Assembly: GCA_003427395.1 (NCBI GenBank)
Contig: BFEA01000036.1
Coordinates: 2,190,241-2,254,240, forward strand
Direction of reading: 5' to 3'
Source of the DNA: Chara braunii
Taxonomy: Eukaryota; Plantae; Charophyceae
Length of the DNA: 64,000 nt
Below, one piece after another: positions 37,948 through 51,744 of this stretch. How positions within the stretch are numbered: the stretch's first letter is position 1; the number at the start of each line of letters is the position of its first letter. The notes under the pieces are model-generated. The model was not told where the DNA came from, did not search any database, and worked only from the letters and a program-made list of their open reading frames with translations. Made by a program: the position numbers and the translations under genes.

Positions 37948-40178
37948 GCGGAACCCATGACTGCCGATGTATAGAACATAACACATGTGGCAAATGTCTT
38001 CCACATGTTCAGCTGCTGCGCCTGGAGTCGTCGCACGAAGATACTGTAAGAGCAGTGCTGCGGACTCCGTGATTGCCGACGTACGGACACCAACACATAC
38101 CACCTCTTCTGCGGACTCCGTGATTGCCGACGTACGGACACCAACACATACCACCTCTTTCACAGATCTCTATGCCTTGATAAGAACTGGGAAATTCTTT
38201 CAAATTCAACCATCTCTCCAGCTAAGGCTCTCAAAGTGAAGATCCGGCAGCGATCGCAGATGCAGACAAGTCTCCCTCGAAGAGGTACATCCAAAGTCGT
38301 ATAGTCCAAATGCTCCAGAAGTTCCAAACATATTCCCAGCAATGAAGTGGGTCCGTGGGAGGTGATCTCCTCCCCCCTTTCATCTTCCCACACATTTGTG
38401 CTTTCCCACCCCTTTAATCTTTGAAAGGGTTCTTATTTCGGCATCTGATTCATCACCCTTTGACAAACATGTTCAGCCATAACCTCCTGAATCTGTACGC
38501 AGTTCTGCAGGCTCCAAGGGTCGACGGCCTAGCCCAGTTAATTTCACACGCAAGTGGGGCCTTCAGGAGGTCATGGGTTCAATTCCCCAACAGCCGCCTG
38601 CAGCATGCTTGGTGCTCACCCGCAAGGATGTCTGTCTGAAATTCTGAATGAGGTACCACAGTTGAGCAGATTTGCAGGACACCTTACGAATCTCAGTAAA
38701 TGGGCAGAAGGATCCAAACAAACTCCGCACTTTAGCGGGGCGCAGGGTTAATTGGCTTATGCGTGCACATCTGAAATAGGTATTCTGGAAGACTGACGGT
38801 CTACGCCAATGGGTGGAACGCAGGGCCAATGGCCTTATACATGCCCCAAACTGTGAAGTTGAGAGCCTCAAGGGCTCATCACGCAAAAGAATAAATAGCG
38901 GTCCCACCGTCCCAGTCAATCAAAAACTTGATCGCGATTTATAAATGCTGAATCTGAGTCACATGAACAACACATGTACTAATTGATTCCCTCCCTCGAA
39001 GCGCTGGATGCAGCCTGTGCATTTCCTTTACGAAATCATTTTTGAGAGTGGAATTTGAATTGAGAGTTTGTCTCGTCTGCATGGTCAAGAACCAAATATC
39101 AATGGCATATGCATATGCATGTCCAATCCGAGAATCGAGCACACAACCAATGGCTTGTCAGGCAAACACCTAACCGATAGGCCAAACGCTTTTTGCAGAC
39201 ACACCCAGCACTTCCAGGACGCTATCTGCAGGCATGGCCATTGCTGCTGTAGACTTCAGGGAGAGCAATGGGAACACAACCAACTGCTTGTCAGGCAAAC
39301 ACCTAACCAATAGAATAAACGCTTTGTGCAGACACATCCAGCGCTTTCTGGACACTTTCTGTAGGCATGGCCCGACACATCCAGCGCTTTCTGGACGCTT
39401 TCCGTAGGCATGGCCATATCTGCTGTAGACTTCCGGGAGAACAATGGGAACAGGAGAAGCACCCGCTTCTGCGGACACACCCAGCTTTACGAGCTGCCAT
39501 TAAGCCGATACAGGCCAAGAACCCTTTTATATTGGACAGAAACACTTTCGATTCGCAATGATGCGTCCCAGAGTTAAGTATGCAACCATAAAGACTGCAA
39601 TAAAGGCATTTACATCCACCATCATCGAGTCAATGCTACGCTGCCATCCCCTGTCGAGTGCCTGAAATCTTGAACCGTCCGCATACTGTGACACTCATGC
39701 ATATCGACCACAGGGGTAAAATGTGGTATTCCAATCCTTGCCATTGAGGATCTGACCATAGCCCACGACCAGAGTTCGAGCTCCTGATCTAATAAGCAGA
39801 TAATTATGAAGAACCTGAGCCATAAATAGTCCAATAGAAGTCTTTTGTGTTCGAATCTGCAGATCACAAGCAATGGCACGCAAAACAAGTAAGCTACTAA
39901 ACATTGGAAAATCCGAACTGAATGGAAAGGACGGTTGATGGAAAACGGGCGAAGTACAAAGAACCGTTGCCCAAAGAACTGAATATTGGGAGAGCTAGCT
40001 GATATCAATTTCTGTAATTTCCTGATTATTTCTCAGTTCGCGGAATTCACTTTGAAAAAAAAGGACCTTCCCAGCAAAAGGCAGAACTTGCAGGGCATTG
40101 GTATGTAGTATGTTGTACATGTCCCGCACAGAAAATCAAAAGGGTTTACAAGTTACTACTCCTTAACTTTTCAGAAAT

Positions 40179-40268
40179 CTGTATTTGCAGAAAGTTTCAG
40201 TCTAGATGCATTTGATTTACAAGTCTACAAACCAAATGCATCTAGACTGAAACTTCCCGCAAATACAG
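40179..40268. repeat. Near-perfect fold-back derived from the mariner-type MITE centre
   Basis: CTGTATTTGCAGAAAGTTTCAGTCTAGATGCATTTG / CAAATGCATCTAGACTGAAACTTCCCGCAAATACAG; right arm continues as CTATAATGACC, as in 22813-22917. Confidence 0.8.
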
Positions 40269-42896
40269 CTATAATGACCATACCACAACGTATACATTCT
40301 ATTCGCGGAAGATGGTAGCGGATCCATCAAGCTACCCTGGATCTTAACCCACCAATACACCCCAGCCTTTCGGGACCCTCAAAAGTTTGCCCAACCCTGG
40401 ACTACCGAACCCTCACAGGGCCAACCAAGTGCCACAGTATTTCTTTTGCTCTGGTATGTCGGACCTTGTTGTAGCGCACTGTTAACCGGTGTCAGTTCGT
40501 GTCCAGATGGAAAATCATATGTGCAAGCCCACACCATGTGGAAAATTGCGCACGTACGGCATGCCGGCAAAAGGGGTCGCACGGGTGAAATAGGCACCCT
40601 TAGTGGGAGAGCGATTTCGCTACCTAATGGGTCAAGACTGATGTCCCAGACGCCTATTTGAGGCTATTTCTCGTGCCCGATTGGACAAAAAGAAACATCT
40701 GCTCGTCTGCACTCAAAAAGGATCTGTTCCTTGTGATTTTTTTGACTTCGGATTTTTTCGAAGACACAGAGTCTGAAGACTCTGAATAGTGTTTATTAAA
40801 CTTTATTTTCTTTAGCCTTAACAAGTCAAAGGCCAGCTGTGGGGGCAGAGGAGGAGCCTTAACAAGTCAAAGGCCCCACCATGGCGGGTGCATCAGGTAG
40901 GAAGAGGCAATGTGGGACATAACCTATAGGGAGAGAGGGAAAGCACTCAGCAGTGGGGGCAGAGGAGGAGTACACCATCCAGGACATACGACAACATCAT
41001 GAAGATGGTGTCTATGACCTTATTTGGCATAAACGCGGTGCTTGGCACCACTCTCTCCGCCTCTCTGCTCTCACAAAACACAATGAAAGAGCACACAGTG
41101 GTGCCACTAGGTGGTCCTATGTGGGCTAGGTGATGCTATGCGGCGTGGGTGCTATGGCCGACTGGGTGCTCTGGCTGCGGGGTACTGTGGGCCCTAGTCC
41201 CTTCATTCCAATACACCTTGGGAGATGGCACAAAACTGCAACACTGCCGAGCATGCGAGCTGTTCCACTACATCGACACAAGACGGGATGCGATGAGACA
41301 AAACAAAACGAAACCAGAAATAATTTTCAAATAAAATCAATAAGCGCTCGCTCACACTGTTGTATTCTATAGAGTTCATCACAATTCGAGCTCGTGGCCT
41401 GTTCCTTGACAGTAAACCAAGAGGGACAAAATAAAAACCGATAAACAGAAGAAAAAAAAAAAGGCGACCAGGCTGCAACCCTAATGTTATTGCATTTCGC
41501 CTTGCTCCACTACACAATGCTATCTGGACTGCATGTTGATCTGCATACATTCAGGCTGTCACAATTTCAGCTTTTTTTTTTTCTTTTTCTTTTTCCTTTT
41601 CCGGGTTTCCCCCTAAAACTACACTATTCTTCTCTCAAATTCTTGCATCTTTCACGACCTACCTACCACTACTCCTAAGGCTATACAGGGGACCCCTGCA
41701 AGCATAGCTATCTACCTCTCTTGGTGAAGGGAGGTTAGCTCTCTCGGTGGAGGGCGGTAATTGCATGTTTGCCCCTTGCCCTGGTGGTCTAGGGTGCAGG
41801 GTTGGGGCTGCCGGTAGGGGCTAGGCTAACACAAGGACCGAACATTTGCCAGTAGCTGCGCCTCCCTTTTCATCTTCCCCCACTCCCATCGAGTAACAGC
41901 AGTGTCTGAGGCCAACACTCTCCGACACACCACATGCAGCTCGCTCACACTCACACTCACACTCACACTCACACACGTGTTGGCTGAAGACCCTACTAAT
42001 ACCGACCGGGAGGATCCGGCTAACTATCTCAGTTGGATGGCACCAAGCATACAGCAGGGGGCTATGGGGATTGAAGTTCATTGCACCCACGACCTCCCGA
42101 ACGCCACTTGCTGCTTGCGTGCCTAACCAATCGAGCTAGGCCGCTCGATACAATTTCAGCTCGGAAACAGCACAAATAGAAACGAACTTCCGAGAGCCCA
42201 AAAAAAAAAAAAAAAAAAAACACGATGACCTCTTCTGATTCCATTACAACTCAAGCCCCATGCTTTCGCACCTCAGCGTTAGCTGATTACTAACAGTTAC
42301 ATGATTGCTGCTTGCTGGCATGGGCCAGCCATGTACTTGCATTCGAACGACCCTTGGACAGCCCCTCACACCCTCCTCTTCCAGGGGCCATTTTTACCTT
42401 CGAGTACTACATCACATGGCCTCTTGGTGACAGGGTTTCGGCCAGAAATCACTGTGTATACCTAGTTGACCTTCAGAACATCGAGATCATAAGCATGTTG
42501 GTTTCCTTCTCCCATTTACAGATGCAATCGTAACCTCCTCCTCCCTCACCTCCCAATGTTGTGGAAGGTTGTATACACCTGAGTGCTTTCCCTCTCTCCC
42601 TATAGGTTATGTCCCACATTGCCTGTTCAAGAGAGCAGAATGCAATCTATTGTTCCATACTGGACCTAATTTTCTGTAGAATGGCAATCGTAACCCCCAA
42701 TTTTCTGGACCTAATGGACGTCCAAGAGAGCAGAATGCAATCTATTGTTCCATAGTACTGATTCTATCATTCTGTAGAATCGATGGATATCGAACAAATC
42801 AGTATCAACTACTGAATACCATATCTTTACCCTTCACAATCCAGAACTGGGTTGAGAAAGTTCAAAAATCCATTCATGCAAAAAGCCATACCCTTT

Positions 42897-43125
42897 TTAC
42901 AAACTGACGGGGTCCGCTCCTTGGATCAGTTTCGCTACAAGCTGGCTTGCGACAGTGCTGGCAATATGTCCACTTTGAATGAGCTGACTTGCTATGTGGC
43001 TGGCAACGGCACTTGGATCCACCCGCTTGAAAACCGGTAGCTTGTTGAGGGGGGCCTCTAAATTGCGAAGCCATCGCGGTCCTTCATAAACTTCTTGGGG
43101 GTTCACCAGGTCACACCAAAACCCT
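42897..43125 (-). CDS. GH31 terminal coding exon GFWCDL...PLNKLPVF...stop
   Basis: GCAG|A GGG TTT TGG; TAA at 42897-42899. Confidence 0.88.
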
Positions 43126-46100
43126 CTGCAGCAAACATGCACAGTATTAAAGACCTTAGTTGTTAGTGCTTGTTACTAAATCAGATTTACAAGCCAGGAT
43201 TCACATACGCAGAGGAAGGCGAAAAATGTATAGTGCAGGTGCTTTATTGAAGCGTACTAAGCTTGACCGTACATAATACAGACTACATTGTACATAACAT
43301 ATTGTCACATAGCAATGAACTAAAAGAGCGCACTTTGCGAAACAAACGGTAAAAAAAAGAAAAGAAAAAAGACCAACATGGGGGCACACTGAAACCATTC
43401 AGTTGTCTCATTCTTATATATATATTATATTATATTATATATCGTATATATATTATATATATCGTCACAATATATATTATATTATATTATATACCTCCTG
43501 ATGAGTCGGTGAAACTCCGACGAAACAGTTTGTCACAGCCCCTCGTTTGTTGTCCTCTTCTCCCTCTCTGCCTACGGTTTACCGGGCAGTTCTATTTGAC
43601 GATATATTATATATATCTTCACAATATATATTATAATAATTATATCTATATATTATATCTTATATTATATATATCGTCAGATAGAACTGCCCGGTAAACC
43701 GTAGGCAGAGAGGGAGAAGAGGACAACAAACGAGGGGCTGTGACAAACTGTTTCGTCGGAGTTTCACCGACTCATCAGGAGGCTGAACCCTCAACAGTCT
43801 GCAGAATCCCCTCNTATCACTCACCCACACCAGATGGAAAACTCTACAGACTGTCGGTTCACACCCCATCACAAGCCAGCAAAACATCCACGAAACAAAG
43901 AAAGGTCTGTCACAGCCAAAAAATACACTCCAGACACGCCGCTGGCACTATAGCCAAACAGAACTGGCCGGTAAACCATAGGCAGAGAGGGAGAAGAGGA
44001 CAACAAATGAGGGGCTGTGAAAAACTGTTTCGTCGGGAGGCTGAACCCTGTGTCGTCAAACAGATCCCAACTTGTGCCCGGATACACGCCAGGGTGCCCA
44101 GCCGGGCATGACCCCAGGCAACGATCTGGGCAGCCCCTGTGCACAAAAAAAAAAATAAAAAAAAAAAAATCCAGAAAAAAAGAATGTTCTCATTGTTCTG
44201 TAGAATTGCATTTCCAACAACTAGCCCGGATTTTGATCTCGGTATGCGCAGAAAACCCCCACGGCAACTTTTATTTCCCCCACCCCCCGGCGCCGGGGTA
44301 CCCCGGGCAACACGCCCAGGTGGTCGGCCGGGCCAGCCCAGCCGCGCGTGACAATCTTCCTTATAGTAAATATCATCGTAAAGAACTGCCTAGCGAACGG
44401 TAGACAGAGATGGAGAAGAGGACAACAAACGAGGGGCTGTGACAGACTGTTTCATCGGAGTTTTAAGGGACTCATCAGGAGGCTCAAACCTGTATAGCTG
44501 TAAACTAAATGTGTAACCGTAGTAGCGATTTGTCAAGATAGACCCAAAATCTCAGGCCTGTTAGTCCATGCCTGGTAAAGTCAACAGTCGGGGCCAGAAT
44601 GGGAAGGAAAGCCAATGGTCAAACCCTTTGCCCAGGCAAACCTGAACCATCAAACACACTACATAAACGCCCGGCCACCATGATTTGCTTGTTGATGCAT
44701 GCAGACCCAGCTGCCATCAGTTGTAGCCTCAAGCTGCAGTTTCCAGCATTGATCAAAGCGGTGCCATCGTTCAGGCCAGTGTCCTGGCATGTCGGAATAA
44801 TGTAGATCCTGGTGCTGTCATACTCACGCTAGTACTTCTCCGACTGAATCTGTCTGACAGAGAAGACATATATCCTGGAAAGAGCAGGTGTGAGAACGGC
44901 TCAGTGCGCCCTCATCCATTCGCTTTGTGGCTGAAGTGCTGGAAAATTAGACTACCAGAGCAAGAGAGCATCAATTACCCAGCAGAAACAGCAAGGATGA
45001 TGATGATGGGGAAGCACCATAGCTACCACAGCAGTGGCTACGTGCATGGCATCGGGGTAGAAGCGACAATTGATAACTCAGAACTGGTGTGAGGAGGAGC
45101 CTAAACTTAGGTGGAGGTGGAGAGTCCGGCAGTCATAGCGTCCATGCTGCTGTGATCACAATTCGGCTATATTGGGTGGCGCTGGCCCTTACTAACTCAT
45201 CAGGCTCACAATCTGTCGTCCTCATAGAGCTCCCGACACGTGAATTGTCCCTCTTCAATTTTTGAATTATTTTTCATTTTTCTGCTTGAAGAGGAGGGGA
45301 ACCAATCACAGTAGGAAGAGAACCACTGGAGAGACTTAGGGATTGATGTCGACCACGAATTTGCTTGGCCGCTTGCTCTTGGGCAAAATGCTGATTGTAC
45401 GGTGAAACCTTGACTCACCTTCCACCTTAAACCACCAGTACATCCGAGCCTCCTTTTGCCGAGGAGGGTTCCCCCTGCGCGCCACGCTTTGCTGAAACAC
45501 CACCGTGGCGTGTTTTGTTTTCAAGCGCCACGCTTTGCTTAAACCACCAGTACATCCGAGCCTCTTTTGGCTAGCGCCGCCAGCCATTTTGGTCTGGCAG
45601 CATTGTTTTATCCAAACTTTTCGAAATGACTTTTTTTTTTTTTTTTAATTCGACAATCTGCGGAGCACCGGTTTTGGATGTTTTGGGTCATGAACCCTTT
45701 GACCCTTGTTGAAGGCAGATTGCCCACAAGCGGAACACAGCAGCGAGCAGCACCCGTGTGAAGCACCAGGGAACACACCCGAAGCCACTCAACCGCACAA
45801 CACCAAAGACGACTGCAAGGAACAACACGTCAAACAGCGGACGGCAGCAAGAAACAACCCTGCGAAGCACCAGGCAACGCACCAGAAGTCACTCAACTGC
45901 AGAACGACACAGACGGCTGCAAGGAACAACACCGCAAGTGGAGGCACAGCACAGCGCTCGTGTAATGAAGCACAAGGCAACAACCACACGACCACCACAC
46001 TACACGACACACAAGCAAGGAACCCAAAAGGCACGGCACATTTAACAGCACACAACGAACAGCACGTGACCCAAGCGGGATAGGCAGCAAGGCAACGGTG

Positions 46101-49100
46101 ACGCGCAGACAGCACAAGGCAGCCCACACATCCAACACGGAGCAAAGCAGCACATGACCTACTCACATCACGGGTGAACACCGCAGACTGTTGGTTCCCA
46201 CCACCCAATGAGCGACCTACTCACATCACGGGTGAACACCGCAGACTGTTGGTTCCCACCACCCAATGAGCCAGGGAGTCACTCCGCCGAACATCCGTCA
46301 TCACCGACAGGCAACACAGACGCCCCGAACCGAGCAGCCCCCCTAATGACTCATTTTCAACTCTCAAGTTTGCCTGGGTGGTGTACTTGCGGTTTAATGC
46401 TCTGTTTCAGTGTCTTGCATAAACATGCTCCGTCCGCACCAGAACTTGAATTAAGAGGAACCTACTGTAGTGGAAGAAATGTTCCACGCCCAGAAGCAAA
46501 CATTTGCCCGTTCACATCGCCTTCCCAGAAGCTGTTGAGGAAAAATCCCGCTTGCCTCGATTCGTGATTGCTGTCCATTGATCTCCATAATCTACCGTCC
46601 GAAATGAAAACTCCCAGCCGAAATCCTACCGATCCAAACTCCAGATCCTTCATCCCTGACCGTTGATCCTCATAGACTATGACCAGAAATGAAGAAGCAT
46701 GGTAGGTCAGACTGCATCTTCTTTTTTCCAATTTTAACCTTTAACCTTTGGTAGGTCGGACTGCATCTTCTTTTTTCCAATTTTAACCTTTGGCACAAAG
46801 GATCAAATCTCAACAGATTGCCATGCCAAGACCATTCTACTGCTTAGAATACCCCATTCCTGTGCTCTGCTGAGGGAGGGCAACTCTGAAGTTATGCCTT
46901 CGGGACCAGACCGTCTGCTGGCCCTAGGAAAGCTAAATTGGCTTGAACCAGAACTCTCCCTTCATGCTCTGCACCGGGAGGGACAACTCCGACATTATGC
47001 CTTCGGAGTCCGACTGGCTGGCCCTAGGACAGCCAAATTTTGGCTTGAATCACCACTCTCTCTCACTTGATGCCACCATAGGGTTGTTCTCCCATCAAGT
47101 ACGTAACGAACTGGCTGCTGGCAGGTTGGTCTGTTGAAAGCCTGCTTCCGCATTAACCGACGCCACAGTGAAATCAGGTGAGCGGCAGAGGTAGTTTACA
47201 GTCGGCAGACTCGGCACCCAATAGCTATCGAACGACCCCAAATTCTCCCAAAACAAAATCACAAACTGCCAGCGTGTTTGCTTCCGGCCAGACTGAATCA
47301 GCTGGTCCATGAGGGCTTAACAAATTGCTACAATTTTGTCCCCAAGCCAACCGCTTGATGCAGCTAAACCAGAGACTTCGAGCAGTGCGCAGTCAAACCA
47401 AAGAATGTCAATTCTTGTTCAGATGGTGCATAAACATCTGCAGCTACTTGGCACAACAGGACAGGCGAAAAAAACAACAGACCTTCGCCCTGCCTGCTCG
47501 TCGGACCCCCCTTCTGAGTGCCTCGGTACTTGGGGATGTTTACCGGCCAGGAGGGCCGCGCAAGCGGGAGGGTGGAAGGGCAGGGGTTGCGGATGGAGGG
47601 TGCCTCCCCTTGAACTGGTGTCTCGGGTCGCAGGGGTGAGGTGCTCTTGTTCTGGCTACTATTGTAAAACATGCTTGCCGGTGATAAGCAACTGGACTGG
47701 TGGCCCCAAGAATAGATGGGGCTTGTGTGGGTGCGGTTTAAAAAAGAAAAGAAAAGACAAGAAAAAACAACATACCTCGTGAGATACACATCGCGCCGCT
47801 TTTGACCCTTCACAACGACAGGTGCGACAATCACGTCATCTCCAATTGCAAACTGATCTCCAATGGGAAAAGTCTGCAGAGTCAGAAAGATATCAGTTAG
47901 AGCCAGTACGGGGATGATTGGATGGCAGCAGAAGACTATCTTTTTTTCCTTGTTTGAAAAAAAAAGGGCGACGGCCTTGAGATATCATGATTGAACTGAC
48001 CGGCCCCAGCCAGATAATTCAGAATTATATTTTTCTGTTCGGGTGGTTGCAGATGGACTCGAACTCAGGTCTGTATTTGCAAGAGTTCATGGGTGTCCCA
48101 ACTGGAACCATAAGACATTTCATTGCATGGAATCAATAAAATGAGCACCACCAGATGTGTGGGAAAGATTGCGTAGTTGTTGCAGCGTCGCCAAGTGTCG
48201 AGCCCGCACAATATACTTTCTATAAGTGGACCCTGGTTGAACCATCTCTGAAGTGAACACCGTGCTAATGGACTCGAGCATGGCGACGAGATCTGATTCA
48301 GCTGTCGTGCTGACATTAACCCATTACCTTGCTTCCCACCTGAAAAATTCACTAGGCAGATCAAAGCCTCCGAGCTGCGCCACTTATGTATCAATAATTA
48401 TTCATAATCTGGTGCATCGTCTTAAATTCATGGTTTGATGGACTTTGATCCTTAAATTTGGCCCTTAAAATTCATCAAGGAATTCGTTATATACGGTCCC
48501 AGCTGGCACTTGAGATTGCTGAGATCTGAAAAAGGGAAAAAAGGAAAACAAGATATCCTTCAGAGAGTGCTGTGTTGCTATTGTCTCCTTCAGTGCGTGC
48601 GTTGTTCATTCTGTTGGTGTGTGTTGACGAGGGGAAGGAAGAGGAGGGAAAGAAGCGTAAAAAGAACAGAAATTGAAAAGAGCGAAAAATGATAAAAAAT
48701 CCTTCCAAGGCTCCAAGCAAGATATCCATAAGAGAGTGCTCTGGTGCTAGTGTCTATCTCCGAGAGCGTGTTGTTCATTTTGGGCGTGTGTTTAAGGCCA
48801 TCACAAAGAAGGGCTGGTTCGACAGGACTACCCCCCCCTCAAGAGCGAGGTCCCTTCGAGCAAGTAACTCAATCAGAGTCCTTGCATAGTGCATCATAGG
48901 CGTAGGTAGCAAAAAGAGATTGGGCGTGTTCCATAGGAGTCAGGGTAGCAGTAAACTTTGGTTGCTGTTCAGCACTTATCAATCGTTCATAGGCATTAAC
49001 GACACGTGGTGCACTCTGCAGTAAGTCTTTCCTAGCAATCCAATAGAAATCGTCCAACGGATGGTACAGAAAATGAACTTTGTACTAAACATGCCCTCTT

Positions 49101-51708
49101 CATTCCGCTCAACACCCACCCAAACTATGTGCAGTTAGAATTAAAGCTGCAGGCGGTCTCTTTCGAGTTAGGCAGGTACTACGGGTAAGTGGTATAAATT
49201 AGGTTTGTTAAAGTGTCCAGAATCCAGATTCATTCAACTTGGTAAATTGGAAGCGTAACCAGTATATTGAAATACAGTGAATGTATGTGATCATGCCTTT
49301 CGTCATGAATTTCTACAAAGGAATAGAGTTCTCAGTCCTGCTTCAGTGCTTCAACCACCACCATGTTACCTAGGTGCAAAGGTAAATGGAACACACTAAC
49401 ATCTTTCGAATACCACAAACCCATGCACACCTTCATCGCTCTGTGATGTGGTGGCATACGAGCCGCGTGGAATGGACTTCTTCGATCATATACTCTGCTG
49501 CCTCAGGGGTCCAAGAGAAGGAATCCCGTTCTCACCTCATCATCTTCTGGGTCAAGCCACCACATAGGACGGCAAATTGGCGCCAAAGCCCGACACGCAT
49601 CATCTGCCAACATTAATAGATGGTTCTGAATTAGACGTCGAACCTACAGCATGTCACCACAGCAACGCACATGAACAACATTATGATTTAGTATGGGCAG
49701 TCCATGGCCAACCACATTGGCCGCGCGCATTTGCGATATTGTTGATACGGAGCTAACCACCACAGCAACAACCTCGCTACGGAATGTAAGACAAGGATGA
49801 GAGAGGCGGGATGGTACCAACCTGCAGAGCTGAATGGCACAACTTCTCGGCTTCCGCGCTAAAATCCCATGGTGGAATTGAGAACTGCATCCCAGCCCAA
49901 CAGGTAACACAACCGAAAACCAGTGAGTGCCTTCTTCTTCTTCTTTGTTTTTTTCTTTTTTTTTTCCCCAAAAAATTGGACCATTTCTCGATTTATGCAT
50001 GTCATCCTTGCACAGGGGCCATGCTAATCTTCTCTGTATCATTCCAATTTTAACAGATGTTCTGAAGGACACCTTCTTCTTCTTCTTCGTTTTCTTCTTT
50101 CTTCTTCTTCTTCTTCTTCTTCTTCTTCTTCATTTCGATTATTCGGACTATTACTCGATTTATGCATGTCATTCTTGCGCAGGGCCCCTGCCCTTTAACG
50201 GATGTCCTGAATAACATTCCTTCTTCTTCTTTTTCTTCTTCTTCCTCCATTCTCCTTCCTTCCTTCCCCTTCCCCTCCCCCTCCCCTTTCTCCTTCTTCT
50301 TCTTTTTCTTCCATCCTCTTCTTCTGCCATCACGTTCTGCAGCAGAGATTTTTCTTGAGCATTCTCATACCGAAAGCGGCGAAAAGAAAACCAGGACTTC
50401 TACACTCCTCCATTGTCAACTTCCTCCTCTTCTTCCTCTCCTTCCGCTTGGTGTTCTACATCCCCTTTTTCCATCAGGATGTTTAGCATTATTTCACTCA
50501 TGACATGTAGTGTTGATTTCCATCGAGTTACAACACTGCCACTGCGTCTCCTACATCCTCCTCGATCTTTTCTTCCATTTTCATCTTTTCATGCTCTGCT
50601 CCATGTCGCACATCAGGGAGCCAGGTTAAAACCGTTCCTCCTCATGCAGTAAAGAAAACCAGGCTAAAAGGGTCTTCTGAACGTCGCCGAGAAAGGAAAC
50701 CAAGTCAACCATTGCCAGCCTGGGTACTGTTCCCCGCACAGAACAGCCCACGCGATATGCTGAGGCGAAAAATCAGGAGGCCAGGAATCCAACCCATAAC
50801 CCCAGCGTCCCCTGCTAAGCTCGTAGTATACAGGTAGGTAGTGGGAGGCATATTGAGAGAAGAATACAGGTTAGCTTTAAAAAAAAAGAAAAGAAGTCGA
50901 CCCTTGCCAGATTCTAACCATCTGCAAGGGATGACAGCTGAAGGCAGAGCCTCACCAGCATTAATGAAAACAACAGCGGTGAAGAAGCTCGGAGACCCAC
51001 CACAAGTGCAGGGGTAACTTCGCAGCGTGGGAAAATGCACTGCATCTTCAGAAGAGAATGAATCTGAGAATGTGAGATCAATTAGCTGTGGTGCGTCTGG
51101 GAGTTTGAAACCATGGAAACAGAGAACGGATGGAGAGGGCATGCAAAAATATCTAGAAAAGGGAAGTCACTCGGAATTTAAAATCAACATACCTGCATGG
51201 CTGGCATCAAAGCATTTGCTTGCGCCCATCTTACCAGTAGCTCCATGTCTGTGCAGAGTGCAGTCGTCCATAAACAGTAGGCAATGATCACAAATGAGCA
51301 ACATAGAAAGGCCGGCAAAACAGTACCCAAATTCTACAGCAGCTCTCACAGACATCTTACTATCCTCTTCCTCACTTCGTCATCATTACTCCCTGCCTTC
51401 ATCGTGATCCCCAACCACAAACCCTCCCACACTTCCTCTTCTTCTTCTTCTCCTCCTCCTCCTCCTCCTGATCATCCTTACATAAACTATGCAAGTCGGT
51501 ACTTAATCCAACAACTCCATCATCATCCTTCCTCCTCCTCCTCATTATCAATTTATTGCCCTACCGGTAATTCACATCACCACAAGCACTGCCACCACTA
51601 CACCACCATCACGATCACTGCCAGCACCACGCTCGCCACCCTCCCCTGCCGCGTCCTACCACCATCACGATCAGTGTGAGCATCAATACAGGCATCAACC
51701 TACCAGCG

Positions 51709-51744
<36 letters not shown>

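Noticed and set aside
37185-38160. 32-33-bp repeats as a CRISPR array
   Set aside because: Units are contiguous with no unique spacers, no cas genes, eukaryotic context
47095-47310. hAT dimerisation-domain remnant ([11 protein letters not shown])
   Set aside because: Resemblance too weak to call without a search
48869-49057. MULE/FAR1-like fragment
   Set aside because: No diagnostic motif; short ORF in an intron
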